Virus record (IMG/VR): IMGVR_UViG_3300048591_000147
Coordinates: 124,001 to 188,000 of that record
Reading direction: 5' to 3' (one strand)
DNA: 64,000 nt
In this document: positions 6,629 to 16,325 of the stretch, piece by piece
Numbering within the stretch: the stretch's first letter is position 1
How the letters are laid out: the number at the start of each line of letters is the position of its first letter
Translations under genes and position numbers: made by a program
The notes under the pieces: generated by a model
The model's database searches: none
What the model saw: only the letters and a program-made list of their open reading frames with translations
Told to the model about the DNA's origin: nothing

Positions 6629-6657
6629 GAAGCCCCAGCATGCTGGGGCTTTCGTTT
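6629..6657 (+). terminator. Rho-independent terminator ending the GC-rich block
   Basis: AAGCCCCAGC-AT-GCTGGGGCTT then TCGTTT. Confidence 0.8.
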
Positions 6658-6795
6658 GAGTATGATCAGATAGTAACTAGTTAGTAACTTGATAATGGTC
6701 AGGGGGATTATGTGATAGGTGAAAAACAGTTTGGGGTTACGATGAGTTACTTTATTTACTCATTATATATAATCACTCCGCCGGGGGATCAAGCC

Positions 6796-6830
6796 ATTTA
6801 ATTTCTATACCCTATTTAATTTCTATACCC
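6796..6830. repeat. Tandem 17-bp direct repeat ATTTAATTTCTATACCC x2
   Basis: Copies at 6796-6812 and 6814-6830 in the non-coding GC/AT junction. Confidence 0.9.
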
Positions 6831-6958
6831 CTTTTTCCATTCTATCCAAAATCCTATAATATTTTCTGTAATTCTATCACACGATTTGGCCATTCTCTCT
6901 AGACGATTTGTTCCGCGTATTTACTTGATGGTATCTCTGAAAAATTTCCAGAAAAATT

Positions 6959-7129
6959 TTAACGCTTATTGATCAAGAGGATAGCGTCTGTCATATTCTT
7001 TAATAGTACATATATCGACGCATTTACTTGTAATTTAGCTTTTGTTATCTCTGGCGTATCATTCTCTTCTGCTTCAAATGTTAAATCAACAAGTGCAAAA
7101 GCCTTGGCAACTCTTTCTGCGTTATTCAT
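6959..7129 (-). CDS. Small hypothetical protein (56 aa, MNNAERVAKAF...), below the ORF-track cutoff
   Basis: Translated by hand; starts just after the cca stop with an AAGGA RBS. Confidence 0.6.
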   Translation of the reverse strand: MNNAERVAKAFALVDLTFEAEENDTPEITKAKLQVNASIYVLLKNMTDAILLINKR

Positions 7130-7131
7130 TA

Positions 7132-8220
7132 TCATTCCTTAATTATATTATTCAAAGCTTCCTTACGTAATCTCTTTAATTCAATACCAAATGCAGCACC
7201 AGTTAAACCTTGTTCCAATAGATGTTGACTTGATACCGAACGCACCCTGTCGATTAACCCCATAAATTTTTCAGTATCAAAGTCGTTGAAAACTATTTCA
7301 CATATCCTGATAAACTTATCCAGTGTATCGGTTTTATGGTGTACGTCCAGACTTTCAATAATTTTGAATAATTCTTCATAATCATTGTTCAATGCGTGTT
7401 GTATCTTTGGCAGATTTTTGTAAGTTAGTATTGCCAACCTCTTTTCATTTGTTGGTATCTTTAGTTTTTCACAGATATCATGTATATCACCTTCGTTACG
7501 GCTATTAGACATTAATATGGAAAACACAACATCGCATGATTCTTTCTTATCATTCACTGCTTTATCCAAAGCATTGTTTACAGTTTCATTCAATGATAAG
7601 TGCGGCACCAGTCTATTCAATGCTCCACACTTATCCAAGACTCTAAAGAAGATGCTTGGATTTGTTTTTGAGAAGGTCTTTTTGATTTCTGCCCATACTC
7701 TTTCTGACGTTAAATTGTCTACTTCGCCATTTGTCACCATTTCTTTCATTAAATGTAATGTCTGTTCATGCAAAATGAAATCATAGGTAGCGCAAAATCT
7801 CGCTACTCTTAAGATGCGTACCGGGTCTTCTCTAAATGCTTCTGAAACATGGCGTATGACACCATTGCTAAGATCTGATAAACCATTAAACGGATCTATA
7901 AGATTTCCATTGGAATCAATTGCCATAGCATTGATTGTGATGTCTCTACGGAAGAGATCATCCTTGAGTGTTACCCCATTGGTACTTACAGAGAAACCAT
8001 TGTATCCTTTTCCTGTTTTTCTTTCTGTTCTCGCCAAGGCGTATTCGTTGCCAGTGTCTGGATGAAGAAAGACTGGAAAGTCTGCACCAACGGGTTTGAA
8101 ACCATTAGATAACATTTCCTCTTCAGAAGAATTTATGACAACATAATCTAGGTCAGATGATTTCTTTCCTAATAATAAATCTCTGACCGCACCACCAACG
8201 AGATATACGTTTTTGTTCAT
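7132..8220 (-). CDS. cca: tRNA nucleotidyltransferase (CCA-adding enzyme, class II)
   Basis: LVGGAVRD...DLDYVV, EYALARTERK, DLFRRDITINAMA, EDPVRILRVARF, ERVWAE motifs. Confidence 0.93.
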   Translation of the reverse strand: MNKNVYLVGGAVRDLLLGKKSSDLDYVVINSSEEEMLSNGFKPVGADFPVFLHPDTGNEYALARTERKTGKGYNGFSVSTNGVTLKDDLFRRDITINAMAIDSNGNLIDPFNGLSDLSNGVIRHVSEAFREDPVRILRVARFCATYDFILHEQTLHLMKEMVTNGEVDNLTSERVWAEIKKTFSKTNPSIFFRVLDKCGALNRLVPHLSLNETVNNALDKAVNDKKESCDVVFSILMSNSRNEGDIHDICEKLKIPTNEKRLAILTYKNLPKIQHALNNDYEELFKIIESLDVHHKTDTLDKFIRICEIVFNDFDTEKFMGLIDRVRSVSSQHLLEQGLTGAAFGIELKRLRKEALNNIIKE

Positions 8221-8344
8221 GACGAATCTACTTCACATTTATATTTCGATAGCATACTACATCTTGTAACATTTTTCAATTAGTTTCTATCTCCAGAAAT
8301 TTTAACGGTTACAATCATAAATATCATATAAAAGAATCCCTCAT

Positions 8345-8998
8345 ATGTTATTAAATGAAATATTGGATAGACTCACACCCCCAGAGAACGAACGCCAGAA
8401 CGGCACTGGAAGTCATAGAGATTTTGAGTATCACTGGAAGACCAAATCAGGTAATAGTGTTACATTATCTTTCTTACTTTATAAACCCAATGCCGCTGAA
8501 ATCATGTTTGAAGTTAACTATGACACCTTAGAGACTGGGCGCGAGCTTGATAAAGATATCTTGAGTTCTGTCTTTTACAAGATTGGCGAGTTTATAAAAG
8601 CCCATGATATCACTGAGGTTAAGTTTGAACCTGTGGACGATGTTAATGACTACAAAGGTTATGCGCCTCATATAGCAGTTATTAAAGATTTCGTCGAAAA
8701 CAATGCAGTACCCGCTCGTCAAAAAGGTTTGATAAGAGATCTATCGATGCTTATTTCTGACAAGAAAATAAATCAGAATTATATGAATTATATTAAACTT
8801 AGAGCATCTAGCGCTTTTGATGATGAACATCGGTTAAAGTTCGTGGCACTGCTAGACCAGTTAGAAGATATGGATCATAGTTCGATGGGTGGGCAGAATA
8901 GACGAAAGAGATTATACCTCTACGCTATTAAGAAGTACCTACCAGATTGGACTGTCAAGCAGCAAAGTTCGTACATTTACGCTTATAAAGAATACTAA
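8345..8998 (+). CDS. Putative capsid-internal protein
   Basis: TAAATA 8318; N-terminus MLLNEILD; C-terminal NRRKRLY motif. Confidence 0.6.
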   Translation: MLLNEILDRLTPPENERQNGTGSHRDFEYHWKTKSGNSVTLSFLLYKPNAAEIMFEVNYDTLETGRELDKDILSSVFYKIGEFIKAHDITEVKFEPVDDVNDYKGYAPHIAVIKDFVENNAVPARQKGLIRDLSMLISDKKINQNYMNYIKLRASSAFDDEHRLKFVALLDQLEDMDHSSMGGQNRRKRLYLYAIKKYLPDWTVKQQSSYIYAYKEY

Positions 8999-9249
8999 CT
9001 CTGCTGTTTCAAGTCCTTGAATGATTCTTCTAATATCTTTGATGCATCATCTAATACCTGTACTGATCCATCTCTATGTTCAATGGCTACCTTGACACCT
9101 GTTGCTGCCATCAATTCATTTATTTTTGCCCACATTTTCTTATTTTCTTCTTCCAAATCCATTGTGTCCATCATTTCGGCTAGTGAAATTGGTTTGCATG
9201 CATTTTTGATTATTGGTAATATGACTGGCTTATATTGTTGGTCATTCAT
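8995..9249 (-). CDS. Hypothetical protein
   Basis: Overlapping stop/start chain with neighbouring minus-strand ORFs. Confidence 0.6.
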   Translation of the reverse strand: MNDQQYKPVILPIIKNACKPISLAEMMDTMDLEEENKKMWAKINELMAATGVKVAIEHRDGSVQVLDDASKILEESFKDLKQQS

Positions 9250-9442
9250 TTATCAGTGCGTCTCTTGAGAAATAGATCGGTGTTCCATTAGCCGCCCGAA
9301 GAGTGGCTATTTCTTCTTTATACATTTTTATAATGGTGCGCGCATTGGTGTGATCCTCATCTGGATTTTCTCTAATGTGATCTTCCAGTTTTTCAATGGC
9401 GTCTAGATTCCTATTGATCCACGTTATATTAGCGTTATACAT
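9242..9442 (-). CDS. Hypothetical protein
   Basis: Coupled minus-strand ORF. Confidence 0.6.
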   Translation of the reverse strand: MYNANITWINRNLDAIEKLEDHIRENPDEDHTNARTIIKMYKEEIATLRAANGTPIYFSRDALINE

Positions 9443-9881
9443 CTACGTCACCTAGTGTGATTACCTTAGCATTAGTTACTACTGAACGGTATTCATCCCA
9501 GATGAAATATTTTATTAATTCTGGTAGTAGTGCTGCTTCACATTTTTCTTTGGTGTCAAAATATCTTATGGTTGTGCTACGAGCATCATATAGTCTTAAT
9601 CCCATTTCTGTTAGGACCAGATTGATATCTTCTATCTCGTCACCGTCATCATCCGCATCAAACTCTTTACCTTTAATCAGATGATCTACACGCGCAAAAA
9701 ACTTTATACCGATAACCTCATTAAATGAGTTTCGTGATGTTCGCTCTTTGATATAGGCTTTAACTTTTAGACCGCTTTGTTTAAATCTTTCATTAAGCTC
9801 TTCATATTTCCTAGCGGTTTGTTCATCTTGTGTAGCCTGTTCTTTCCATTCGTCGTAAGTTGGCATTTGTATGTTCTCCAT
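9435..9881 (-). CDS. Hypothetical protein
   Basis: AGGA RBS, 148 aa. Confidence 0.7.
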   Translation of the reverse strand: MENIQMPTYDEWKEQATQDEQTARKYEELNERFKQSGLKVKAYIKERTSRNSFNEVIGIKFFARVDHLIKGKEFDADDDGDEIEDINLVLTEMGLRLYDARSTTIRYFDTKEKCEAALLPELIKYFIWDEYRSVVTNAKVITLGDVDV

Positions 9882-9953
9882 TTCGTTCCTATGATATCAT
9901 GTACTCAAGATGATGTCCATGGCGTATAAATATAAAAAAGGAAAAATACTACT

Positions 9954-10505
9954 ATGAAGATATTTGATTTATTGAATGAGGCTGAAGACAATCAGGAAAG
10001 GATTCAGGAACTGTTGGCTCAACTTAAACATTTACAGGATGGTCACAAATACGCTGATCATGGTGCATACTCTCAGGATAGTCGTCGTATGCAAGACATT
10101 CATTCCGAATTGACCAAGCTTGGTTATTATGCTGATTTGCGCAATAAGAACCAGAGCGTTGAAAAGCCTAGATCATCTGATCCTAAAGAAATGCATATTA
10201 GTGTTGAAGGTAGAACTGGTGATCATAGAGAACTTATAGTTAGTTTTGATCATACTGAAAACGCAGGCGAGCATAGTGCAAATGCTGCGAATGGCATTGA
10301 TTACCCCGTTGGCGTTTATCGCTCATATGAATATGTGAGAAACCCTACTACTGGTGAGTGGGTCAAACACGCTGATCATTACGGTGGTGTTGTCGCTAGA
10401 GAAGGTGTCATTTCCGATGGCGCTAAATTGAAAGCCGTTACCCGTGTCTGGGTTAGAACTCCAAATCAATATAGCGGTAAGCTTGATTTGCTTGAGCCAG
10501 TCTGA
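9954..10505 (+). CDS. Putative capsid-internal protein
   Basis: TATAAATA 9925-9932 (perfect T4 late promoter); N-terminus MKIFDLLNEAE. Confidence 0.7.
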   Translation: MKIFDLLNEAEDNQERIQELLAQLKHLQDGHKYADHGAYSQDSRRMQDIHSELTKLGYYADLRNKNQSVEKPRSSDPKEMHISVEGRTGDHRELIVSFDHTENAGEHSANAANGIDYPVGVYRSYEYVRNPTTGEWVKHADHYGGVVAREGVISDGAKLKAVTRVWVRTPNQYSGKLDLLEPV

Positions 10506-10520
10506 ATGAAGTGAAGCGGT

Positions 10521-10847
10521 TTACGGATAAACCGCTTCTTCAAATGTGTACCGATAGATTCTCGTCTGTTTCAAGAAATCGCTGACTAATTCGTCACACG
10601 ATTCTTTACATTCCTCTAATGTAGTGTATCCGTGGTCGTAGGTTTTCTCATCTTTGAGTGTAAAGCGGAATATGCCAGTCATTGGATCTTCTACAACAAC
10701 AAAAATATGTTCACCATAATAAAGATTCAGAAAATATTTAGATGCGATATATGCGTCTAATATATCTCGTGCTTCTTGTTTGATAATAATGATTTTTATA
10801 TCCAATTTATTATCTTGGATTATTTTTTTGTTTTCATCGCTTAGCAT
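10521..10847 (-). CDS. Hypothetical protein
   Basis: Coupled minus-strand ORF. Confidence 0.6.
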   Translation of the reverse strand: MLSDENKKIIQDNKLDIKIIIIKQEARDILDAYIASKYFLNLYYGEHIFVVVEDPMTGIFRFTLKDEKTYDHGYTTLEECKESCDELVSDFLKQTRIYRYTFEEAVYP

Positions 10848-11029
10848 GCTGCAACTACCTGTTCATAGTTATTAAACAACTTTTGAAATTTTATTTCGTA
10901 CAAGTCGATCAGACCTATCAGGATGTTTTGTGGTCTGTCGCCGTCTACCACTTCCAATAGGATTCTGAGGTCGTCTATGAGTCCCCACGTTTCTAGGATT
11001 TGTTGTTCCAGTTCATATAATTTACACAT
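10841..11029 (-). CDS. Small conserved phage hypothetical protein
   Basis: LEQQILETW...LIGL..LYEIKFQKLF pattern. Confidence 0.65.
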   Translation of the reverse strand: MCKLYELEQQILETWGLIDDLRILLEVVDGDRPQNILIGLIDLYEIKFQKLFNNYEQVVAAC

Positions 11030-11243
11030 TTATTTTCATCTTTACTTTATTGATGAATGCTTTCTTATTGATTAATAACTGATTCAATTCTTTCAATAAT
11101 TCAATTTGATCTTCTGTTTTCTCTTCCGCTATATTATCGAAGAGGTCCAGAATGCCTTCTGTCAATTCTATGCTTTCAATGATATGCGGCACCAATTCTG
11201 TTTCAGTCAGTAGGTGCATCAATCTGTCTACGTTTTCACTCAT
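11022..11243 (-). CDS. Hypothetical protein
   Basis: AAGGGG RBS. Confidence 0.6.
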   Translation of the reverse strand: MSENVDRLMHLLTETELVPHIIESIELTEGILDLFDNIAEEKTEDQIELLKELNQLLINKKAFINKVKMKINV

Positions 11244-11345
11244 TTGTATTCCCCTTCATTATTTAAAACTCATTTGAGGCTTAAATGATACCACATCTGG
11301 ACCCTTTTATCCACTTCGTGATAAATATTTCTATTTGGGAAACAT

Positions 11346-12257
11346 ATGAAATTCACACAATTTTTAATCAATAATATGTTGGTCGAAGGCATCAACATGA
11401 CTCAGTACAGAAGCATCATAAATGAATGCGTCCTTGATTCTATCGATCAGATCATAGATGTTATCCCTTCTTATAAGAGAAAGATAGAGCCTGATATCAG
11501 AAATGATGCCACTCAAGGGGAATATAAGAATTTATTGAAGGCTATCAAACCGTTAATGATGAATAGTGCCAACATTATTCTTCGTTTGAATCTGACACGA
11601 CTTATTAACAGTGAAATTCCAGAGGTAGAAAAGCGTTCAAATGTATTCTTCAAGAAAATCAACGCTGACGGAACTGCGGCAGATTTTGTAATCACACTCA
11701 ACATCCGATTCATTAAAGAATTGGTTGACATATTAATCAAGACGGTGGGCAACTGGCTTGTCGTTCATAATAAAGAAAATATCAACAAATTCAAGACGTT
11801 ATTCGATATTAATAGTGATGAGATCAATCGTTTCTATGACTTCACAGGCATTCCAACGGTCTATGAGATGATTAATGTTATACTACATGAACTGGCTCAC
11901 GTTGTTCAAGATGTTAGACAGGTTCATAGGGGTGGGGAGACAGAATATCGTAGCTACTTGACCAAAAACCCGATATTCAATGACATTTTGGAGAAAATGT
12001 ATAAAGGTGCTAAGTTGACAGATGAAGAATTTCGAATTTATTTCTCCAGCCCTCAAGAGATCGCTGCTCATGCGCATAATATCGCTGCTGACGTTGTAAA
12101 GAAAATCGGTAAGTCTAAACCAACTGCTCAAGCCATCCAACAGGCAGTTAATGATTTAGTCGGAAAATTTTTTGCCGACAAGTCTGATCCGAGAATCTTA
12201 AAAGTTTATAACAGATATTTAAAACTTGTCTATCAGCAGGTAATGAATCACGTATGA
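11346..12257 (+). CDS. Zincin-like metallopeptidase, putative capsid-internal protein
   Basis: HELAH (HExxH) plus downstream YFSSPQEIAA third-ligand Glu; TAAATA 11322; N-terminus MKFTQFL...LVE. Confidence 0.7.
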   Translation: MKFTQFLINNMLVEGINMTQYRSIINECVLDSIDQIIDVIPSYKRKIEPDIRNDATQGEYKNLLKAIKPLMMNSANIILRLNLTRLINSEIPEVEKRSNVFFKKINADGTAADFVITLNIRFIKELVDILIKTVGNWLVVHNKENINKFKTLFDINSDEINRFYDFTGIPTVYEMINVILHELAHVVQDVRQVHRGGETEYRSYLTKNPIFNDILEKMYKGAKLTDEEFRIYFSSPQEIAAHAHNIAADVVKKIGKSKPTAQAIQQAVNDLVGKFFADKSDPRILKVYNRYLKLVYQQVMNHV

Positions 12258-12901
12258 AACTAGAACACGTATATAATGAAGCATTCCAAACATCTAGAAA
12301 AACTGTCATAGGTAATAATCCTCTGACGCATGGTGACCAACCTGTTCGAGATATTCCTAATAGTGATCCGCATCTAAGTACCAGAATTTCTGATAACGAT
12401 GAGATTTATAACAGATATACGAAGTTCTTATTTAACAACAAGTTAGCTCAACAGAATCCACATTTTCCTCGCATCTATGAAGAGAAAACGCTTATTAGTA
12501 CAGACAAGAATGAAACACATCCGAAGAAAGTCTTTACAATGTCAGCTACTCCTATGACATTCAGGAATTTTATTCTGTTTGAGAATAATAACGAGCAGTC
12601 ATTGGAGCGAATAAAACAAATAGCCAATATGTATTTGAACGACAGTGTTGCTTCTAACTATAATCAGGTTAAGTTAGAGAATAATAGATCGCTGGACCGC
12701 AACCGAGTTAAACAATTGGAACAAGAATTAATCTCCGACTTGTCTGATGTTGCCAATATTTCTCTCGAAACGTACAAAGAAGCATTGATGATACTTATAG
12801 ATGCGTCACATGTTGGGCGTTTAAATCTGACCGATGAGAACATAAAGGTTAGGCGCTCACCATATGGCGCGCAACTAGTTTTCGATAAGCCATTTCAATA
12901 A
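12254..12901 (+). CDS. Hypothetical protein, possibly degenerate kinase-like fold
   Basis: NPHFPRIY...NLTDENIKVR...LVFDKP resembles a kinase-like DLH..N...D pattern but lacks the catalytic residues; N-terminus MKLEHVYNEA. Confidence 0.45.
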   Translation: MKLEHVYNEAFQTSRKTVIGNNPLTHGDQPVRDIPNSDPHLSTRISDNDEIYNRYTKFLFNNKLAQQNPHFPRIYEEKTLISTDKNETHPKKVFTMSATPMTFRNFILFENNNEQSLERIKQIANMYLNDSVASNYNQVKLENNRSLDRNRVKQLEQELISDLSDVANISLETYKEALMILIDASHVGRLNLTDENIKVRRSPYGAQLVFDKPFQ

Positions 12902-12928
12902 CATAAATAAGATAAACGAAGAGTAAAT

Positions 12929-13378
12929 ATGATTAAATTTTTAGAATATTTGGCTGTGACCCAAGATGCATTAGTAGAAATGACTGCTACGCATCTATCA
13001 GGTTTACATGGATTATTGACTAGATTATTTCGAAGATATAATCTTAATTTGGTAATTACTACTCATGCATTACAGCAATTGGTTGTCAACTCTGACACAG
13101 CAAGAGCCGGAATTTCTGCTAGCGATGCTTATGAAAGTATGATTAAGTTTTGTGAGAAACAGCAACCAGCATTCGAAAAATATAAGAAAAAGAAGAAAGA
13201 GTACATAGGAATAGTGACCAATCCTGTGACCAATTTAAATATTGTGGTTTCAATTGATTATCACGATCCTCGTATCAAAGATCATCAACAACATAATATA
13301 AAGATAATCACTGCGATGCTTAAGAAAGATTTCGGATCTGACGATTATCCAGATTCAGTTAGAGTGTATGTGAATTAA
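12929..13378 (+). CDS. Putative capsid-internal protein, possible RegB/RelE-like (BECR) RNase fold
   Basis: TAAATA 12904; MIKFLEYL; ITTHALQQ...LNIVV...IITAMLKKDF. Confidence 0.45.
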   Translation: MIKFLEYLAVTQDALVEMTATHLSGLHGLLTRLFRRYNLNLVITTHALQQLVVNSDTARAGISASDAYESMIKFCEKQQPAFEKYKKKKKEYIGIVTNPVTNLNIVVSIDYHDPRIKDHQQHNIKIITAMLKKDFGSDDYPDSVRVYVN

Positions 13379-13380
13379 TT

Positions 13381-13662
13381 ATGTCCAGTAAACAATATCT
13401 CCTAATTCCACTAGGTTTATCGTTTGACAGTTTAGTTGAAGCCGCAATCGTAGCCACAAGGGTTGAAAATCGCGGCAATACAGTGCATGATACGGTCAAT
13501 GACATTGAGATAGATCGCAAGACGTTGTTAGGTATTGTACGATCTACCAGAAAACAAGAACTGGAAACGAAGAAACCCGTTCAACAAAGCTTCTTTGATG
13601 GTTACTATAAAGTATTGCCAATGTTGATCGACCCTAAGAGCCGTGCTATCATTGCATCATGA
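13381..13662 (+). CDS. Hypothetical protein
   Basis: Coupled ORF upstream of def. Confidence 0.6.
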   Translation: MSSKQYLLIPLGLSFDSLVEAAIVATRVENRGNTVHDTVNDIEIDRKTLLGIVRSTRKQELETKKPVQQSFFDGYYKVLPMLIDPKSRAIIAS

Positions 13663-14132
13663 AATACAAAATATTGACGTACCCGGACAGCAGGCTGAAG
13701 CAAAAAGCCTATCATGTATTAGAATTCAATGAAGAACTACGCACAATAGTTCGTAACATGTACGAAACCATGTATGATGCTGAAGGCGTCGGACTAGCTG
13801 CTACTCAAGTTGATATACATAAGCGCATCATAACAACATGTATTGATAAACAGGAAATAACTTTTATAAATCCTGAATTGAGTGTGGTCGGTAGCGATGT
13901 CCAAAAGTATGAAGAGGGATGTCTGTCATTCCCCTCGATGAGAGTAGAGCGATCTAGACCGACCGTTGTACAAGTGAGCTACCAAGATGTTTACGGTGCA
14001 TCACATTTCATGACGTGTGACCATTTACTGGCAGTTTGCATCCAACATGAAATTGACCATATAAACGGCATAACCTTTATAGACGGACTTTCACCGTTTA
14101 AACGTCAGAGACTGTTAGATAAATATTTTTAA
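13659..14132 (+). CDS. def: Peptide deformylase
   Basis: All three motifs present: GVGLAATQ, EGCLS, QHEIDHING. Confidence 0.95.
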   Translation: MKYKILTYPDSRLKQKAYHVLEFNEELRTIVRNMYETMYDAEGVGLAATQVDIHKRIITTCIDKQEITFINPELSVVGSDVQKYEEGCLSFPSMRVERSRPTVVQVSYQDVYGASHFMTCDHLLAVCIQHEIDHINGITFIDGLSPFKRQRLLDKYF

Positions 14133-14353
14133 CGTTTAAAAATTATATCTCTGTTTAAACTTTCGTTGCGTTGGAATGGTTGGAGTTGTACTCCAGTCAC
14201 AGCGTTTATCAATTCTATGACCTTTTGACTATCACCTTGCCGTATGAAATCTTTCATCAATAGCTTCTGCTCTTCTGATGCAGTGCGCTGAAATTTTGCG
14301 AATTCCATGAAACCCAAATTACCCGGATATACAGCTTCGTTAATATTATTCAT
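14129..14353 (-). CDS. Small late protein
   Basis: TAAATA on - strand at 14375-14380; MNNINEAVYPGNLGFME. Confidence 0.65.
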   Translation of the reverse strand: MNNINEAVYPGNLGFMEFAKFQRTASEEQKLLMKDFIRQGDSQKVIELINAVTGVQLQPFQRNESLNRDIIFKR

Positions 14354-14448
14354 CTATAATTTCTCTATTCATTTTATTTATGTTAGGTATTGCATCAACA
14401 TCGAAATTGTAGTATTATTTGTATCTCACACTATAAAAGATTATTTTT

Positions 14449-14931
14449 ATGAAAAGTCCGTATGTAAGAGAGGTTGTTGAGATCAATGGCAAGCGATATC
14501 TAGAACTTGTTGATCATTGTGGGTGGAAAGCTGGTGATAAAATCAGCTTTAGACACCAGTTGCCCGGATATACCTTAAATGTTGTTACAGAAGAGCCCGG
14601 AATCACCATCATGGCAGATCACGGTTCGACTGGTATCTGGGACTATCAGACTCGCTATATGTTGGAATACAAGGAAGTCCCAGAATTTGATGAAGAAGAT
14701 ATTAACCTCATCAAGTTGTTTATGGAATTATATGAGACTTGGCCTTGGGATTCTGATGATGCAGCAGAGATAGAGTCTGCCAAAAATGGATATGGTGTGG
14801 CGCTATTATTAAAGTCTAAACACCCAGAGATGAATATCTATTTTTATAATTATCAAAATGTAGTAAAAGAAGTACCAGCGGTATTTGACAGCAGAGCTAA
14901 AGTAGAATTAATGGAGATTAAAAAATGTTAA
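14449..14931 (+). CDS. Hypothetical protein
   Basis: 160-aa ORF coupled to the RNA ligase. Confidence 0.65.
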   Translation: MKSPYVREVVEINGKRYLELVDHCGWKAGDKISFRHQLPGYTLNVVTEEPGITIMADHGSTGIWDYQTRYMLEYKEVPEFDEEDINLIKLFMELYETWPWDSDDAAEIESAKNGYGVALLLKSKHPEMNIYFYNYQNVVKEVPAVFDSRAKVELMEIKKC

Positions 14932-16238
14932 GTGTAAAGAATGTAGGGTCGAACTACCTAGCACAGGTTGTGAAACTTGTAAATGTTAGAAAGCACACAA
15001 ATGCGGACAAGCTACAGTGCGTTACTATTCAAGGTAACAACGTTGTAACGGGTCTTGACGCAAAGGACGGTGCCGTATATGTGTATTTTCCTTTGGAATG
15101 TACTATTAATTTAGAATTTTTGGCATATTCTAATTCGTTCAGAGATAAGACCCTGAACGCTGATACTACTGTTGCCGGATTCTTTGAACAGAACGGTCGT
15201 GTGAAAGCCGTTAAGCTTCGTAATGAAAAGTCAGAAGGTTACATCGTGCCTGCTCATTCAATTGAGGATTGGTTGAAGACGAAGAACATCACCATAAACT
15301 TGGCTAATAGTATTACAGAGGAATTTGACACTATTTCTGGTATTTTGATTTGTGAAAAATACACCATCAAGTACAGCAGGCAGGCATCTCAAGGTGGTGG
15401 TAAGCAGAAGAATAAAGGCAAAGAAAAGCGTTTTGAAAGATTGATTTCAACACAGTATTCTTTAGCCGAAGACACTTCTGCACTGAAGAAGAATATCCAT
15501 AGGATCGATCCAGAGGATCAGATCACAATCAGTTACAAGATGCATGGTTGTAACTTCTCAATGGGTCGGGTGTTGTGTAATAAACCATTAAAGTGGTATG
15601 AAAAGCTGTTGAAGAAGATTGGTGTGAATGTTGTCGATACTCACTATGATACTATTTACGCTTCGCGTAATGTGATCAAAAACCAGTATGAGGAAGAGAG
15701 CACACAGCATTACTATGATGCTAATATCTGGCGCATTATTGCTGACAAATACAAGGACACTTTAAAAGACGGTATTACTATCCATGGTGAAATCGTGGGA
15801 CAGTTGCCAACTGGTTCGTGGATTCAGAGTAAGTATGACTATGGCGTTCCAGAAAAACAGGCAGAGTTGTATGTGTACAGAATGTTCTATAGATCACCAT
15901 CTGGTGATGTGTTCGAATTCAACACCGAACAGCTTATAGCTTATTGTGATAAGGTTGGTCTGAAGTATGTCCCCGTGTTTTATCAGGGTAAAGCTAAAGA
16001 CTTATTTGACATAAGTGTCTCCGAGCACTGGCACCAGACATTCCTACAGAAGTTGATTGAAAAGTATAACGAGAAAGACTGTTATATGTGTAAGAATAAG
16101 GTGCCAGAAGAAGGTATCACATTGATTTTAAACAGTAAAAATGATTTCGAAGCGTTCAAATTGAAATCATTCAGATTCCTACAACAGGAAACTGAAGAAC
16201 TGGACAAGGGTCAAGTTAATATAGAGGATGAAGTATAA
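14925..16238 (+). CDS. ATP-dependent RNA ligase, DRB0094-like (N-terminal OB domain plus Rnl2-type ligase)
   Basis: HTNADKL OB domain; motif I KMHGCN; IHGEIVG; EEGITL; FKLKS. Confidence 0.88.
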   Translation: MLSVKNVGSNYLAQVVKLVNVRKHTNADKLQCVTIQGNNVVTGLDAKDGAVYVYFPLECTINLEFLAYSNSFRDKTLNADTTVAGFFEQNGRVKAVKLRNEKSEGYIVPAHSIEDWLKTKNITINLANSITEEFDTISGILICEKYTIKYSRQASQGGGKQKNKGKEKRFERLISTQYSLAEDTSALKKNIHRIDPEDQITISYKMHGCNFSMGRVLCNKPLKWYEKLLKKIGVNVVDTHYDTIYASRNVIKNQYEEESTQHYYDANIWRIIADKYKDTLKDGITIHGEIVGQLPTGSWIQSKYDYGVPEKQAELYVYRMFYRSPSGDVFEFNTEQLIAYCDKVGLKYVPVFYQGKAKDLFDISVSEHWHQTFLQKLIEKYNEKDCYMCKNKVPEEGITLILNSKNDFEAFKLKSFRFLQQETEELDKGQVNIEDEV

Positions 16239-16240
16239 TC

Positions 16241-16266
16241 AAACGGGGCGGGAAACCGCCCCGTTT
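16241..16266 (+). terminator. Terminator hairpin
   Basis: AAACGGGGCGG-GAAA-CCGCCCCGTTT. Confidence 0.75.
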
Positions 16267-16325
16267 GACATGTGCGGTACGGATAATGTAGTATGCTTAA
16301 TCTACCTAAACGGATGAAAAATAAT

